DNA of 64,000 bases from Octopus vulgaris. Its lineage: Eukaryota. The stretch is from assembly GCA_951406725.2 (NCBI GenBank), contig OX597827.1, positions 7,874,001-7,938,000 on the forward strand, read 5' to 3'. This document shows positions 13,632-26,822 of this stretch, piece by piece (the stretch's first letter is position 1; each line of letters opens with the position of its first letter). Under the pieces are notes generated by a model. The model was not told the origin of the DNA. It made no database searches and was given only the letters and a program-made list of their open reading frames with translations. The position numbers and the translations under genes are program-made.

Positions 13632-14006
13632 TCATCATCATCATCGTTTAACGTCCGTTTTCCGCGCTAGCATGGGTTGGACGGTTCGACCGGGGTCTGG
13701 GAAGCCAGGGGCTGCTCCAGGCTCCAGTCTGATCTGGCAGAGTTTCTACGGCTGGATGCCCTTCCTAACGCCAACCACTCCGCGAGTGTAGTGGGTGCTT
13801 TTTACGTGCCACCTGCACAGGTGCCAGGGGGAGTCCGGCATCGGCCACGATCGGTTGGAGCTTTTAACGTGCCAGCGGCACGGAAGCCAGCCAAGGCGGC
13901 GCTGGCAACGTTCGGATGGTGCTTTTTATGTGCCACCGGCACAGGCATCACAACTACTATTTCCATTGATATTTATTTCGACGTTCATGTTCATGTACTT
14001 GACTCA
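13632..14006 (-). mobile_element. SINE-like family C copy
   Basis: Near-identical to 15618-16010. Confidence 0.85.
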
Positions 14007-14675
14007 ACCTCTTCAATAAAATGTTCTCATATTGGCGGTTTTATAATAGTGGTTTCTAAGACAGAGAGGAGGCCATAGATTTGGCGTCAATTAAATTGAT
14101 TCCAGTTCTTAAACGAACCTGTGGAACTGAAAGTGAAAGTCAACCTCAGGTGAATTTGAACTCAGAATATACATTGACCTAACTAAATGCAAACCTTCAG
14201 TCTGTCTTGTTTCTACTGTAAAAAAAAATTTACTCAATAGGTCTTATAGGAGTTATCTCATTTGCTTCTTATTATTAGATTTTATTGTCTAATTGCTTGG
14301 TCTATCCCAGTTGATTAAAACTTTTCAACTCACTATGTCTTACATTTTAAAATCCTTCTATAATCTCCCTATAGTATTACTAATGGCCACATTAATACAA
14401 CAAAATTCAGTGAACTCTCTACTAATTTATTATCATAATTTTAGCATTCACTTTTCCAGGCATGGGGCAGACAAATTTGTTGTGGGACATTTTTTGCAGT
14501 TTGACTTATACCCGTTTTCACCCTAAGTAATATTTTCTTTAGTCCTTTACACATAAATAGCCTCACGTGTCACAATGCCCTTCGCTAATCAAAACACATA
14601 CTAAGTGAAGTCTGGACCTACTAGTTTGTACTGGCATCAAGTCGTATAAACTGTAATAATGAAATCAAACCAAAT

Positions 14676-15095
14676 AGGCGCAGGAGTGGCTGTGTGGTAA
14701 GTAGCTTGCTAACCAACCACATGGTTCCGGGTTCAATCCCACTGTGTGGTATCTTGGGCAAGTGTCTTCTGCTATAGCCTCGGGCCGACCAATGCCTTGT
14801 GAGTGAATTTGGTAGACAGAAACTGAAAGAAGCCTGTTGTATATATGTATATATATGTATGTATGTGTGTGTATATGTTTGTGTGTCTGTGTTTGTCCCT
14901 CTAGCATTGCTTGATAACCGATGCTGGTGTGTTTACGTCCCCGTCACTTAGCGGTTCGGCAAAAGAGACCGATAGAATAAGTACTGGGCTTACAAAGAAT
15001 AAGTCCCGGGGTCGATTTGCTCGACTAAAGGCGGTGCTACAGCATGGCCACAGTCAAATGACTGAAACAAGTAAAAGAGTAAAGAGTAAAGAGTA
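14676..15095 (+). mobile_element. SINE family A copy
   Basis: Head AGGCGCAGGAGTGGCTGTGTGGTAAG (A-box-like), GGTTCAATCCC (B-box-like), full body and tail. Confidence 0.9.
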
Positions 15096-15213
15096 AATAA
15101 GATAAATAAAAATCAATGTAAACAACAATAAAACAATTAATTTTTGTTACTCAGAACATTTTATTAAACTACACATACACACAAGCACATACACACAAGC
15201 GTATGCACACATG

Positions 15214-15251
<38 letters not shown>

Positions 15252-15617
15252 TACATGAACTTTTTTCAATTCCCATCTATGAAATCCATTCACAAAGCTT
15301 TGTTTGACCCAGGGCTATAGAAGAAGATAACATCAAGGTGCCATGCAGTGGGACTGAAATCAAAACCACGTGATTGAAATGCAAACTTTTTAGCCATATA
15401 GTCACACCTGTGCCTTGCCTTACTATGCCTTGCTACACCCGCATCTTGCCACACCTGTGTTTCCAACCCATGCAAGGAGGGAAAAGTGAATCGATGTTAA
15501 AATGATAATGATGATGATGATAATGGAATATATGTATCTCTATGTAACGAGTGCTGTTCATTATGCATTTTCTAATATACAGTATACTTATGTATTCCAT
15601 AGAACAACAAAACGAAT

Positions 15618-16010
15618 TCATCATCATCATCATCATCGTTTAACGTCCGTTTTCCGCGCTAGCACGGGTTGGATGGTTCGACCAGGGTCTGGGAACCAGG
15701 AGGCTGCTCCAGGCTCCAGTCTGATCTGGCAGAGTTTCTACGGCTGGATGCCCTTCCTAACGCCAACCACTCCATGAGTGTAGTGGGTGCTTTTTACGTG
15801 CCACCTGCACAGGTGCCAGGGGGGTTCTGGCATCGGCCACGATCGGTTGGAGCTTTTAACGTGCCAGCGGCACGGAAGCCAGACAAGGTGGCGCTGGCAA
15901 CGTTCGGATGTTGCTGTTTATGTGCCACCGGCACAGAGGCCAGTCGGGGCAGCGCTGGCATCAGCCACGTTTGGGGTGGCGCTGGCATCGGCCACGTTCG
16001 GGGTGGCGCT
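15618..16010 (-). mobile_element. SINE-like family C copy with 26-bp tandem duplication at its 5' end
   Basis: Similarity to other copies; GGCGCTGGCATCGGCCACGTTCGGGGT-like unit repeated. Confidence 0.85.
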
Positions 16011-16162
16011 GTAAATAGATTTTATCAGAAAGCAAGACGGATAGTAATACTGGAAGTTTAGGGAAGGTATACAGAAGTCAGAAGAATATAAGAAATGATT
16101 TCAAACAGAGTAGCAAACAATTAATGGACTGAGAAATAGATTTATAAAACGATTGATGGGTG

Positions 16163-16388
16163 GAAGCTGGCAGAAACGTTAGCACACCGGGCGAAATGCT
16201 TAGCGGTATTGCGTCTGTCGTTGCGTTCTGAGTTCAAATTCCGCCGAGGTCGACTTTGCCTTTCATCCTTTCGGGGTCGATAAATTAAGTACCAGTTATG
16301 CACTGGGGTCGATGTTATCGACTTAATTCGTTTGTCTGTCCTTGTTTGTCCCCTCTATGTTTAGCTCCACGTGGGCAATAAAGAAACA
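16163..16388 (+). mobile_element. SINE family B (Nin/Deu-domain-like)
   Basis: GAGTTCAAATTCC B-box and central GCCTTTCATCCTTTCGGGGTCGATAAATTAAGTACCAG, recalled as Nin-type SINE domain; many copies in window. Confidence 0.85.
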
Positions 16389-16902
16389 GATTGATAGGTG
16401 GGATAAATTTTAAATGGAATGGAAAAAATGCAGAATAATTAAGCATTAAAGAAAAAAAAGTTATTCACTCTTGCTTCACAACAGCATTTTATAAATCTGA
16501 CATCATGAAACCCTTTGTTAAATCTTTAGGTATGCTAATTAATGCTTCAATATGATACTTTTGGTGCCAAAAAATAATTACCAAAAAAAATCAATATTTC
16601 AAAATTGAAATTTTTATACATTTTAAAAATGGAATGACAATCAGAATCACTTATTGATGATTTCCATCTCTCATCATGCTTTTGGCAAATTGCTTCTTAT
16701 TGGCTCCAGTTCTTGAGGGGTTAATTTAATGTCTCATTAAATTGCGAGGAATAGTCTTTAAAAATGAAAATTTATAGCAACATTGTAATCATTTCAAGAT
16801 TTTATTATGTGACAATTGATTGATATCTTGAACCTCTGAGATCTGTCAAGCATATTCTTGCACATGACATAAACGAAAAGGTAGATATGTTGATGTGTAT
16901 AT

Positions 16903-16950
<48 letters not shown>

Positions 16951-16970
16951 ACATATATCTACATATAAAT

Positions 16971-17105
16971 AAGTGGGTGGTGAAAAGTTCTTCGGTAAAA
17001 GAAAATACAGGAGGATCAGTTAATTATGGTTTTATTCAACATATTCCCCTCTCAGATTCATTCACTTATTGCAGCAGTCCTTCAGTTTTTCTAAGCACTG
17101 TAAAA
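16971..17105. mobile_element. Mariner-like terminal fragment
   Basis: GGGTGGTGAAAAGTTC... and TTTATTCAACATATTCCCCT resemble mariner termini; recall only. Confidence 0.4.
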
Positions 17106-17614
17106 GGACATTCAGGTGGTACTGGCGTTGACCACGTTCAGATGGTGCTTTTTACATGCCACCAGCATAGGACCCAGCCAGGGGACACTAGCATCGATTA
17201 TGTTCAGATGGTTCTTACACTAGATAGCTCTTTTCTTAGTATTGAGTACTTTTTTTTTGCCTTGTTCACAATCAAGTGTCCAGAAAGTGATTCACAACTT
17301 GGAGAGAAAAGCTATACAACTTAGCACGAGTGTCCTAATAGTCATTAGCATCGGAATACAAAAAGCTGGAAGAGATACTCCGAGGCATCCAGTCCAGCTC
17401 TGGATCAGTTCCCATCTCTGAAGGATCAAAAAGTAAAGCTTACCTCAGTGTAATTTGAACTCAGAGTCAAAGTAAATAACAAATGGCATGCTGACTCTCT
17501 ACATAGATAGGTACATACACACATATATACATACACACATACATGCATATATGCATATATATATATATACATATATACACAATCTCACACACACATGCAT
17601 GTATGTATATCCAT

Positions 17615-17650
<36 letters not shown>

Positions 17651-17684
17651 ACACACACATGTATATATAACTGTATATATATAT

Positions 17685-17828
17685 ACACTCACGGAGTGGT
17701 TGGCGTTAGGAAGGGCACCCAGCTGTAGAAATACTGCCAGATAAGACTGGGCCTGGTGCAGCCTTCTGGCTTCCCAGACCCCAGTTGAACCGTCCAACCC
17801 ATGCTAGCATGGAAAGCGGACGTTAAAC

Positions 17829-17862
<34 letters not shown>
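17685..17862 (+). mobile_element. SINE-like family C 3' fragment with (GAT)n tail
   Basis: Similarity to other copies. Confidence 0.85.
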
Positions 17863-17888
17863 TATATATTATATTCATATTTAAGTGC

Positions 17889-17924
<36 letters not shown>

Positions 17925-18898
17925 ATTGAGAGGACTAAAGTGACCATGGACGCTGCCTTTCACTCTTGACTAGCTAATAAGAAAAAGTAATATAAAACTC
18001 AATAACTAAGGAAGATATTGGTGTTTGAGTGTTTACAGCAATTTTACTGCGAGCAGTTAAACACACAATGTGCTTAGATCAGCGTCTTCTGATGTATGGA
18101 AACTACTCTTTCAGGCTGCACATTGATGAATAAATGATTGTGTAAAAACTGCAATAATAGCTATGACAAAGCTAAGGGTGTTGATCATGATAATACTATG
18201 ATAAATCTACATGTTTGTATTTGCACTGGTGTAAATACAAATAGGAAAAGTAAATAAGACTACCGTTGAAAGAAGTCCTTAGATATATCCTAACAAATAG
18301 AAAATTAATAGTAGATTTGTCAAAATTATACTGCCAACGATGTATAAAATGATGTATAGACCATTTGAAAGCTAACGCAATTTTCTTACCGAAATCAAAA
18401 TAATAGCTTTAGCAAACATATTTAAAGACATTAGCATTACTTGGATTGTGTTGCAGTAATGTAAATATATGATATTATTGATATGGTATTGAAAGTTGAA
18501 TGGTAAATTCTTTTATGACAGTGCAGCAATCAACAGAATGACATTTATCAAACTTAAGAAGAAGCCAAATAGTTTGGATATCAGCCTCAAAGCTATAGTT
18601 CGAACCATATCATAAAAATTCTATTGTCTCATTCTTCTTTTAGTCTACGTAGCTTCAAATAAGTCGATCCTTGTTTAATATAGGCACAGGCATAGTCATG
18701 TGGCCCAAGAAGTTCAGTTTACAACTACTAGATGTGGGTTCAGTCCCACTGCACAGCATCTTGGGAAAATGTCTTCTGTTGACAAATGCTATGTAAGTGA
18801 ATTTGGTAGATGGAAACTATGTTAAAACCCACTGTGTGTGTCTGTGTGAGTGTTTGTTTTCGTCTGTCACTGCTTAACAACTGGTATAAGATTATGTA

Positions 18899-19059
18899 CA
18901 GGAGTGGCTGTGTGGTAAGTAGCTTGCTAACCAACCACATGGTTCCGGGTTCAATCCCCCTGCATGGTACCTTGGGCAAGTGTCTTCTACTATAGCCTCG
19001 GGCCAACCAATGCCTTGTGAGTGGATTTGGTAGACGAAAACTGAAAGAAGCCTGTCGTA

Positions 19060-19110
<51 letters not shown>

Positions 19111-19315
19111 TTGTCCCCCTAGCATTGCTCGACAACTGATGCTGGTGTGTTTATGTCCCCGTCACTTAGCGGTTCGGCAAAAGAGACCGATAGAATAAGT
19201 ACTGGGCTTACAAAGAATAAGCCCCGGGGTCGAGTTGCTCGACTAAAGGCGGTGCTCCAGCATGGCCGCAGTCAAATGACTGAAACAAGTAAAAGAGTAA
19301 AAGAGAGTAAAGAGT
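18899..19315 (+). mobile_element. SINE family A copy, preceded by older degenerate copy at about 18683-18890
   Basis: Similarity to other copies. Confidence 0.9.
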
Positions 19316-19516
19316 ATATTAATGATTCAGCCACAAAAAAACAACAAAACAAAGACTAATAACATAAGTATTAGAATCGATTTGATTCACTTGAAAAGAA
19401 AAAAAACCATGAATGAAACAAATATAAATGTAGTCACTTCAAAAATGTATTTCCAATATAAACTCTCAAAATTAAAAAAAAATGAGATAAAAAATCTAAG
19501 AATCATGAACAAGTAG

Positions 19517-19745
19517 AGGCGCAATGGCCTAGTGGTTAGGGCAGCGGACTCGCGGTCGCAGGATCGCGGTTTCGATTCTCAGACCGGGCGTTGTGTGTGT
19601 TTATTGAGCGAAAACACCTAAAAGCTCTACGAGGCTCCGGCAGGGGGTGGTGATCCCTGCTGTACTCTTTCACCACAATGGCGGTGCCCCAGCATGGCCA
19701 CAGCTCAAGAGCTGAAACTGGAAAAACAAAACAAAAACAAAACAA
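19517..19745 (+). mobile_element. tRNA-derived SINE family D (Arg-like head; possibly octopus OR-type)
   Basis: GGCGCAATGGCCTAGTGGTTAGGGCAGCGGACTCGCGGTC...GGTTTCGATTC with A/B boxes; second copy at 24051; tail related to family A tail. Confidence 0.8.
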
Positions 19746-20191
19746 GTGTTATTGTTGTTTAACACTGGGCCTGTCCTAAATGAGTAGATATTTGATCACA
19801 TGCCTCCCCTCCTCTGATCATCCCTTAGTTTATCAAGATTACCTTTCTGGGGTTTTTTTTGGGATTTAAAAAAAAATTTTTCTTATTTTATTCAGGCAGT
19901 AAAGTGTAATGTGAAAGATATTTGTCTGGTATTACTTGCTGATTATATTATTATCTTAATAGCTCCAAATCATATTATTATCTCAATAGCTATGTGAACT
20001 CTGTATTACAGTCATCAAAATATATTTGCATTTGCATAATTTTCAATAAACCCAGATATGGCTGTGTTGTTAAGAAGCTTTCTTCATAGCTACATGGTTT
20101 TTGGATTCAGTCTCACTGTACAGCAAATATTTCTTACCATGGCCTTAGGCTGATCAATGCCTTGTGGCTGAATTTGGGAAATGGAAACTAA

Positions 20192-20583
20192 AGCAAGCAA
20201 GCATGCAAGCATGCATGTACGCACGCACGCACGTATGTATGTATGTATGTATGTATGTATGTATGTATGTATGTATGTATGTATGTATGCATGCATGCAT
20301 GCATGCACGTACGTACGTATACATGTATGTATGCATCCATGCACGTACGTACATACATATGTATGCATGCATGCACGTATGTACGCATGCATGTATGTAT
20401 GTATGCATGCACGTACGTATGCATGTATGTATGTATGCATGTATATATGTATGTATGTATGTATGCATGCACGTACGTACGTACATATGCATGTATATAT
20501 GTATGTATATATGTATGTATGTATGTATGTATATATGTATGTACGTATGCATGTATATATGTATGTATATATGTATGTATGTA

Positions 20584-20616
<33 letters not shown>
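20192..20616 (+). repeat. Compound (TGTA/TGCA/CGTA)n microsatellite
   Basis: Directly visible alternating purine-pyrimidine tract. Confidence 0.95.
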
Positions 20617-21444
20617 TGTTTAGATGACAAGAATTTAGAAACTTTGAGAGATGTGAAATAAATCGTTTTTAAAAGTGGAGTTTAAAGATAACTCAATAGT
20701 GTTTTTGAATATCAGGAAAAAATACTTTGGATGGAAAAAGTCAAATTCTTCTTTGGGACTTCATAGTAACAACAAAGCTTCTAAAATGGATGGAAGAATT
20801 GAAAGGATTGATTTGGTCCAATGGTTGATCATCTATCATGTTTGAATTCCAAAGGCAAGTTTTAGCTTTTTCTATCCTGAGTTCTTTTTAGTCCAATGTT
20901 TAAAAATATTATAGAAGTTACTGAACTAATTTGGTTAAGTTAGGGTTAGAATCAATCAAGGACTCTGAACAAATTATCAATTTTAAAACCCCCTCTAAAA
21001 AATTCATATTTTGGTGATTTATCTCATTTTCCTTTCCCTATTGAAAACTGGTAAGAATTCATTTTGATCTCATATATTTGGGGCAAACTAAATTTCGGGA
21101 GGAGTCATTCAGTTCCAGCCTTTTAAATACTGTAAGGATTGAATTCAGCCCTACAATCTGAAAAACTGTTAAGTTGCTTTCAGAAGTAGAGGCGGCAAGT
21201 AGGGGAAATGCGAATCATTTTCCCCCTTTTTAATGCATAGCAGATTTTTAGTAAAGCAGGCTTATGAATTCCTCATAGAAACTTGAAGGATTTATTGTGA
21301 TAGCAATGCAATGGTATGTGATTGCAACACTGAATGAATAATGGGTTTTGAAAGACATGAAATATGACTTAAGCAAACAGTTGCAAACCATTAATGACTT
21401 AGAGACAATGCTACTCAGAACACAATGAATGGCGAGAATTTAGA

Positions 21445-21477
21445 GTATATATGTGTGTATGTATATATATATGCATG

Positions 21478-21516
<39 letters not shown>

Positions 21517-21688
21517 ATGTATGTACATATATGTATATATATACTATTTATAATGTAATATTTATATATATAACGTAATATATAAATATGTATATTATAT
21601 ATATATGTATGTATGTATATCATGATATATATATATATATATATATATACATTTATATATACATAACATAATATATAAATATGTATAT

Positions 21689-21719
<31 letters not shown>

Positions 21720-21897
21720 ATCATGATGATATATATATATATATATATACATTTATATATACATAACATAATATATAAATATGTATATTTTTATATATAT
21801 ATATCTTTATATATATATATACATTATATTATATATGTATTTTATATATATATATATACTGTATTATATTATATATGTACATTATATATATATTATA

Positions 21898-21938
<41 letters not shown>

Positions 21939-22012
21939 ATGTATATACATACATGCATATATACATACACATATATATATATACGTACACACACACACAT
22001 ATGTGAATACAT
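21445..22012 (+). repeat. Degenerate (TA)n-rich tract with internal ~110-bp tandem duplication
   Basis: Directly visible. Confidence 0.9.
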
Positions 22013-22315
22013 ATTTGAATGCGTGTGCATGAGCAAATGTTTATAAGAAGCTTAAATTAGATAACAACGACGTGCAAAACCTTGGAAATGTTTGTTCTCA
22101 CAAGAAGAAGAAGATACTGTAGAAATGCAAAAATTGCATGAGGAGAAGTGCTAAGTTGATTTCTTTAACTAACTTATGTCAAGAGGGAAACCCGAGATGT
22201 AAAATGAAAATATTGTGAATGAAATTGATAAAAAGATAAAAGAGAATGAATGACAGTCACAACAGAAATATTATTATATATCATTACTGATTTATTATTT
22301 CAGCATTAGAGACAT

Positions 22316-22831
22316 ATATATATATACATAAAACTGTAGTTGTGTGAGTGTCTGTCCCCTTCGATTTAGATTCCTAACTACACCCACATTTTGCGGTGCA
22401 GTTTAAACAAATTCGGGTCTCTTATAGTCGTGATTCATATCGAGCCCGTCTGAGTATTAGCGCGCGTCTACGATGAGTCTACGATTTTAAAAATAATTTA
22501 ACATCATTTTTTATTCCATTTTAATGCATAATTTTTCGTGTGTCGATGGCGGCGGAGTTGGCGTCCACACTCACATCTGCACCTGTTTGCTTCTCCTCCT
22601 TCTTCCCTCCCTCGTGAAGCTGTGAGGAAGGGAGTGTAAGGAAATCAACGTCGTAAAGCGTTGTCAAGGAGACCAGCGTTCTTTTAGAACAACGACTTCA
22701 TGGCTTGAAGACACCAAAACAGAAATGGCTAAGAAAGCCCGAATTGGTATCTATAAGGGAAGTAACTCTCTAAAAATGCTTATATAGTTATTTCCCTTAC
22801 AAACCCAAGCAACACCGGGCGATACTGCTAG
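22316..22831 (+). mobile_element. Non-autonomous Helitron
   Basis: 3' end ACCCAAGCAACACCGGGCGATACTGCTAG|T (subterminal hairpin plus CTAG); homologous to 56835-57209. Confidence 0.8.
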
Positions 22832-22916
22832 TTGTGTATAGAATGATATCCTACTTCAATGTCTTTTAATAGAATAGACAGTTCTGATGTAAGGAAACAT
22901 TTATACGCACACACAT

Positions 22917-23475
22917 ACCTATCTTGCTCAGAACATTGACCTCCTGGAATCTGTTCAGAGACGTGCAACCTAATGCATACCCTCCATCAGACACCTACCA
23001 TACTCTGAGCGCCTTGTTTCCCTGAGGCATGGATTCACTGAAGCTCCGGCGTCTGGCGACGGACTTGGTAAACACCCACAAAGTTATCAACCACCTCACC
23101 AACAACAACACTGAACACCTTTTTGATCTCCATGTGCCCAACACACGTGGACATGCCTACAAAGTCAGGAAACAGCACAACTCCCATGACTTTCGGAAAC
23201 ATTTTTTCACGCTCAGAGTTGCTGAAGCATAGAACAAACTGCCTGCGTCAGTTGTTGACTGCCATGACACTGCATCCTTTAAGGCCCTCATGCTTTCCAA
23301 AATCTGCCGAAACTACACCTGATTGTCCCCCTTCCATACTCATACACATATGTGTATGTCATGACTCATGCACTGTTCTTTTCCTGACGCTTGTACATTA
23401 CCCTATGTACTATACATACACTTTAGATGAGTTGTAGTGCACCTGAGCACTGTACACAATGTTTTATTATTATTT
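22917..23475 (+). mobile_element. CR1/L2-group LINE 3' fragment (family E)
   Basis: LESVQRRAT...SLKLRRLATDL...NTRGHAYK...FFTLRV..NKLP motifs typical of the CR1 ORF2 C-terminus; 3' UTR and (ATT)n tail. Confidence 0.9.
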
Positions 23476-24050
23476 TATACACACACACATTCTCAATTAT
23501 TACAAATAATTATAATCAAGCTAACAAGCAAGGCCACTATGTAGTCGTTTGATTTTTGAGAAATACCAACCAAATCTCCCTCCAGCCACGATTTAGTATT
23601 TCAGAAAAGAAAAAAAAAAGAAAAATGGGAAAAACACATTGGATAATAATGGTCTGAAATTTTGGCACAAGGCCAGCAATTTTAATGGAAGAGACAAATT
23701 GATTGCATTGACCTCTGTGTTAAACTGGTATTTATTTTATCAACCCCAAATGGATAAAAGGTGAAGTTGCCCTAAGCAGAATTTGAACTCAGAATGTAAT
23801 GAGTCAGGCAAAATAGTCCAAAGCTTGTTTTCTTATTTCTTTGCTGGCCACAAGGGGCCAAAGCTTCTTTTCTAGTGATCTAACAATTGTGCTAGCTTGT
23901 TGCTTTGCAGTATTTAATGATATTCCTAGATGTCCCATGTCCAAATAAAAGATGGGACGGCTATGACTGGAAAGAATGGTCAATTTGAACAGGATTGATC
24001 TTGAAGTTAAACAAAATGGCTAACAACAATGACAACAACAGCAACAAATG

Positions 24051-24525
24051 GAGGTGCAATTGCCCAGTGGTTAGGGCAGCAGACTCATGGTTGTAAGAAC
24101 GTGGTTTCAATTCCCAGACTGGGCATTGTGAGTGTTTATTGAGCAAAAACACCTAAGCTCCACGAGGTTCCGGCAGGGGGTGGTGGTGAACCCCACTGTA
24201 CTCTTTTGCCCCAACTGTCTCTCACTCTCTCTTCCTACTTCTGCCACAAAGCAGAGGAACCATGGTGTAACCCACTATGATGTGGTAAACTTTCAAACCC
24301 TAGTCTAGATTGCGAATCCTCTGTACCCCAGGATGGTTCAGCTCTCCACCCGTTAAAAGCCACCATTTATGGAATGAGGATAACAACGTAACTTTCGTGC
24401 CCGTGCAACTGCCAGTCTATCGCGTGTGGTGGGTGGATCTTCAAGTGCCACACGCATTCTTAGTTGCTTAGAATAGGCTCGAATTAGAGATTATTCTTTG
24501 TGGCTAATGGCGTGAGTCCTGATTG
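24051..24525 (+). mobile_element. SINE family D head joined to unidentified GC-balanced sequence ending in (GAA)n
   Basis: 24051-24215 matches 19517-19677; downstream part differs and abuts the GAA tract. Confidence 0.6.
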
Positions 24526-25422
24526 GAAGAAGAAGAAGAAGAAGAAGAAGAAGAAGAAGAAGAAGAAGAAGAAGAAGAAGAAGAAGAAGAAGAAGAAGAA
24601 GAAGAAGAAGAAGAAGAAGAAGAAGAAGAAGAAGAAGAAGAAGAAGAAGAAGAAGAAGAAGAAGAAGAAGAAGAAGAAGAAGAAGAAGAAGAAGAAGAAG
24701 AAGAAGAAGAAGAAGAAGAAGAAGAAGAAGAAGAAGAAGAAGAAGAAGGAGAAGAAGAAGAAGAAGAAGAAGAAGAAGAAGGAGAAGAAGAAGAAGGGAA
24801 GAAGAAGAAGAAGAAGAAGAAGAAGAAGAGAAGAAGAAGAAGAAGAAGAAGAAGAAGAAGAAGAAGAAAGAAGAAGAAGAAGAAGAAGAAGAAGAAGAAG
24901 AAGAAGAAGAAGAAGAAGAAGAAGAAGAAGAAAAGAATAAAAGAAGAAGAAGAAAAAGAAGAAGAAAAGAAGAAGAAGAAGAAAAGAAGAAGAAGAAGAA
25001 GAAGAAGAAGAAGAAGAAGAAGAAGAAGAAGAAGGGGAAGAAGAAGGAGAAGAAGAAGAAGAAGAAGAAGAAGAAGAAGAAGAAGAAGAAGGAGAAAAGG
25101 AAGTAAAAGAAGAAGAAGAAGAAGAAGAAGAAGAAGAAGAAGAAGAAGAAGGAGAAGAAGAAGAAAGAAGAAGAAGAAGAAGAAGAAGAAGAAGAAGAAG
25201 GAGAAGAAGAAGAAGAAGAAGAAGAAGAAGAAGAAGAAGAAGAAGAAGAAGAAGAAGAAGAAGAAGAAGAAGAAGAAGAAGAAGAAAAGGAAGAAGAAGA
25301 AGAAGAAGAAGAAGAAGAAGAAAAGAAGAAGAAGAAGAAGAAGAAGAAGAAGAAGAAGAAGAAGAAGAAGAAGAAGAAGAAGAAGAAGAAGAAGAAGAAA
25401 AAGAAGAAGAAGAAGAAGAAGA
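24526..25422 (+). repeat. About 900-bp (GAA)n polypurine tract
   Basis: Directly visible. Confidence 0.98.
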
Positions 25423-25876
25423 CGACAACAACAACTGATAATTCCAAGTCACAGCATTTATGGCACCAGTTCCAAATATCCATATTTTATCTATGTTAGG
25501 GTTGTTAAACACCGTTCAAGAAAACAGTGTTAATTTCAATGAAGGAAAGCAAAATATTTTACACACAATAGACATGCTAATGACCATTTCTACATAATAA
25601 ATGATCATTATTAATATTCATGATGCACAGTTGTTTTAAACTGTGGAAGTATTTGTAAGTTGCCAATAACAGAGAATATTGAGTGATGAAGATATTTGAA
25701 CAGAATTGCTAATGTGAGCTTGAATGATGAAGAGTAACAACTACATGACATTAAAGAAACTAATACATTATTGGCATGAAGAATTCATGGAATCTTTGTA
25801 TGTAGTAAACACATTATTTCAGAGAACTAAGTACAGAAATATTGAAAATAAATAAATAAATAAATAAAATAAAATG

Positions 25877-26276
25877 GGAGTGGCTGTGTGGTAAGTAGCT
25901 TGCTAACCAACCACATGGTTCCCGGTTCAGTCCCACTGCGTGGCATCTTTGGGCAAGTGTCTTCTGCTATAGCCCCGGGCCGACCAATGCTTTGTGAGTA
26001 GATTTGGTAGACGGAAACTGAAAGAAGCCTGTCGTATATATGTTTATATATATATGTATGTGTGTGTTTGTGTGTGTGTGTTTGTCTCCCTAGCATTGCT
26101 TGACAACCGATGCTGGTGTGTTTACATCCCCGTTACTTAGCGGTTCGGCAAAACAGACCGATAGATTAAGTACTGGGCTTACAAAGAATAAGTCCCGGGG
26201 TCGATTTGCTCGACTAAAGGCGGTGCTCCAGCATGGCCGCAGTCAAATGACTGAAACAAGTAGAAGAGTAAAGAGT
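25877..26276 (+). mobile_element. SINE family A copy
   Basis: Similarity to other copies. Confidence 0.9.
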
Positions 26277-26582
26277 ATTGAAAAGAAAAATAAATGACTA
26301 AACAGTCTATTAGTCAATTGGTAGATTAATTTGTCAGTCTCTGTGCAGGTTTGGCTGTATGTTTAAGAAGTTTACCTTCTGATCATATGGTCTCAGGTTC
26401 AGTCCCATTGCATTTCACCTTGGGCAGGGATCTTATACTATTGCCCTGCTCTGAGCCAACCAAAGCGCTGTGAGTGAATTTGGTTGAAGGAAACTGAAAA
26501 AAGCCCATCAGATATGTTTATATGTATATGTGTGTGTGCGTGTGTGTGTATATATATATATGTGTTTATGCTTATGTGTATA

Positions 26583-26813
26583 TATTTCTTTACTACCCAC
26601 AAGGGGCTAAACACAGAGGGGACAAACAAGAACAGACAAAGGGATCAAGTAGATTACATCGACCCCAGTGCAAAATTGGTACTTTATTTATCGACCCCGA
26701 AAGGATGAAAGGCAAAGTCGACCTCGGCGGAATTTGAACTCAGAACGTAACGGCAGACGAAATATGGCTACGCATTTTGCCCGGCGCGCTAACGTTCCTG
26801 CCAGCTCACCGCC
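26583..26813 (-). mobile_element. SINE family B copy
   Basis: Reverse complement of the family B sequence. Confidence 0.88.
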
Positions 26814-26822
26814 ATGTGTATA

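Noticed and set aside
19517-19590. Possible tRNA-Arg gene
   Set aside because: Acceptor stem does not close properly, no Pol III terminator, and it continues into a repeat body shared with 24051; it is a SINE head
24484-25533. ORFs of 330-342 aa (poly-E/K/R/S/F/L)
   Set aside because: Translations of the (GAA)n tract in all frames; no coding signal
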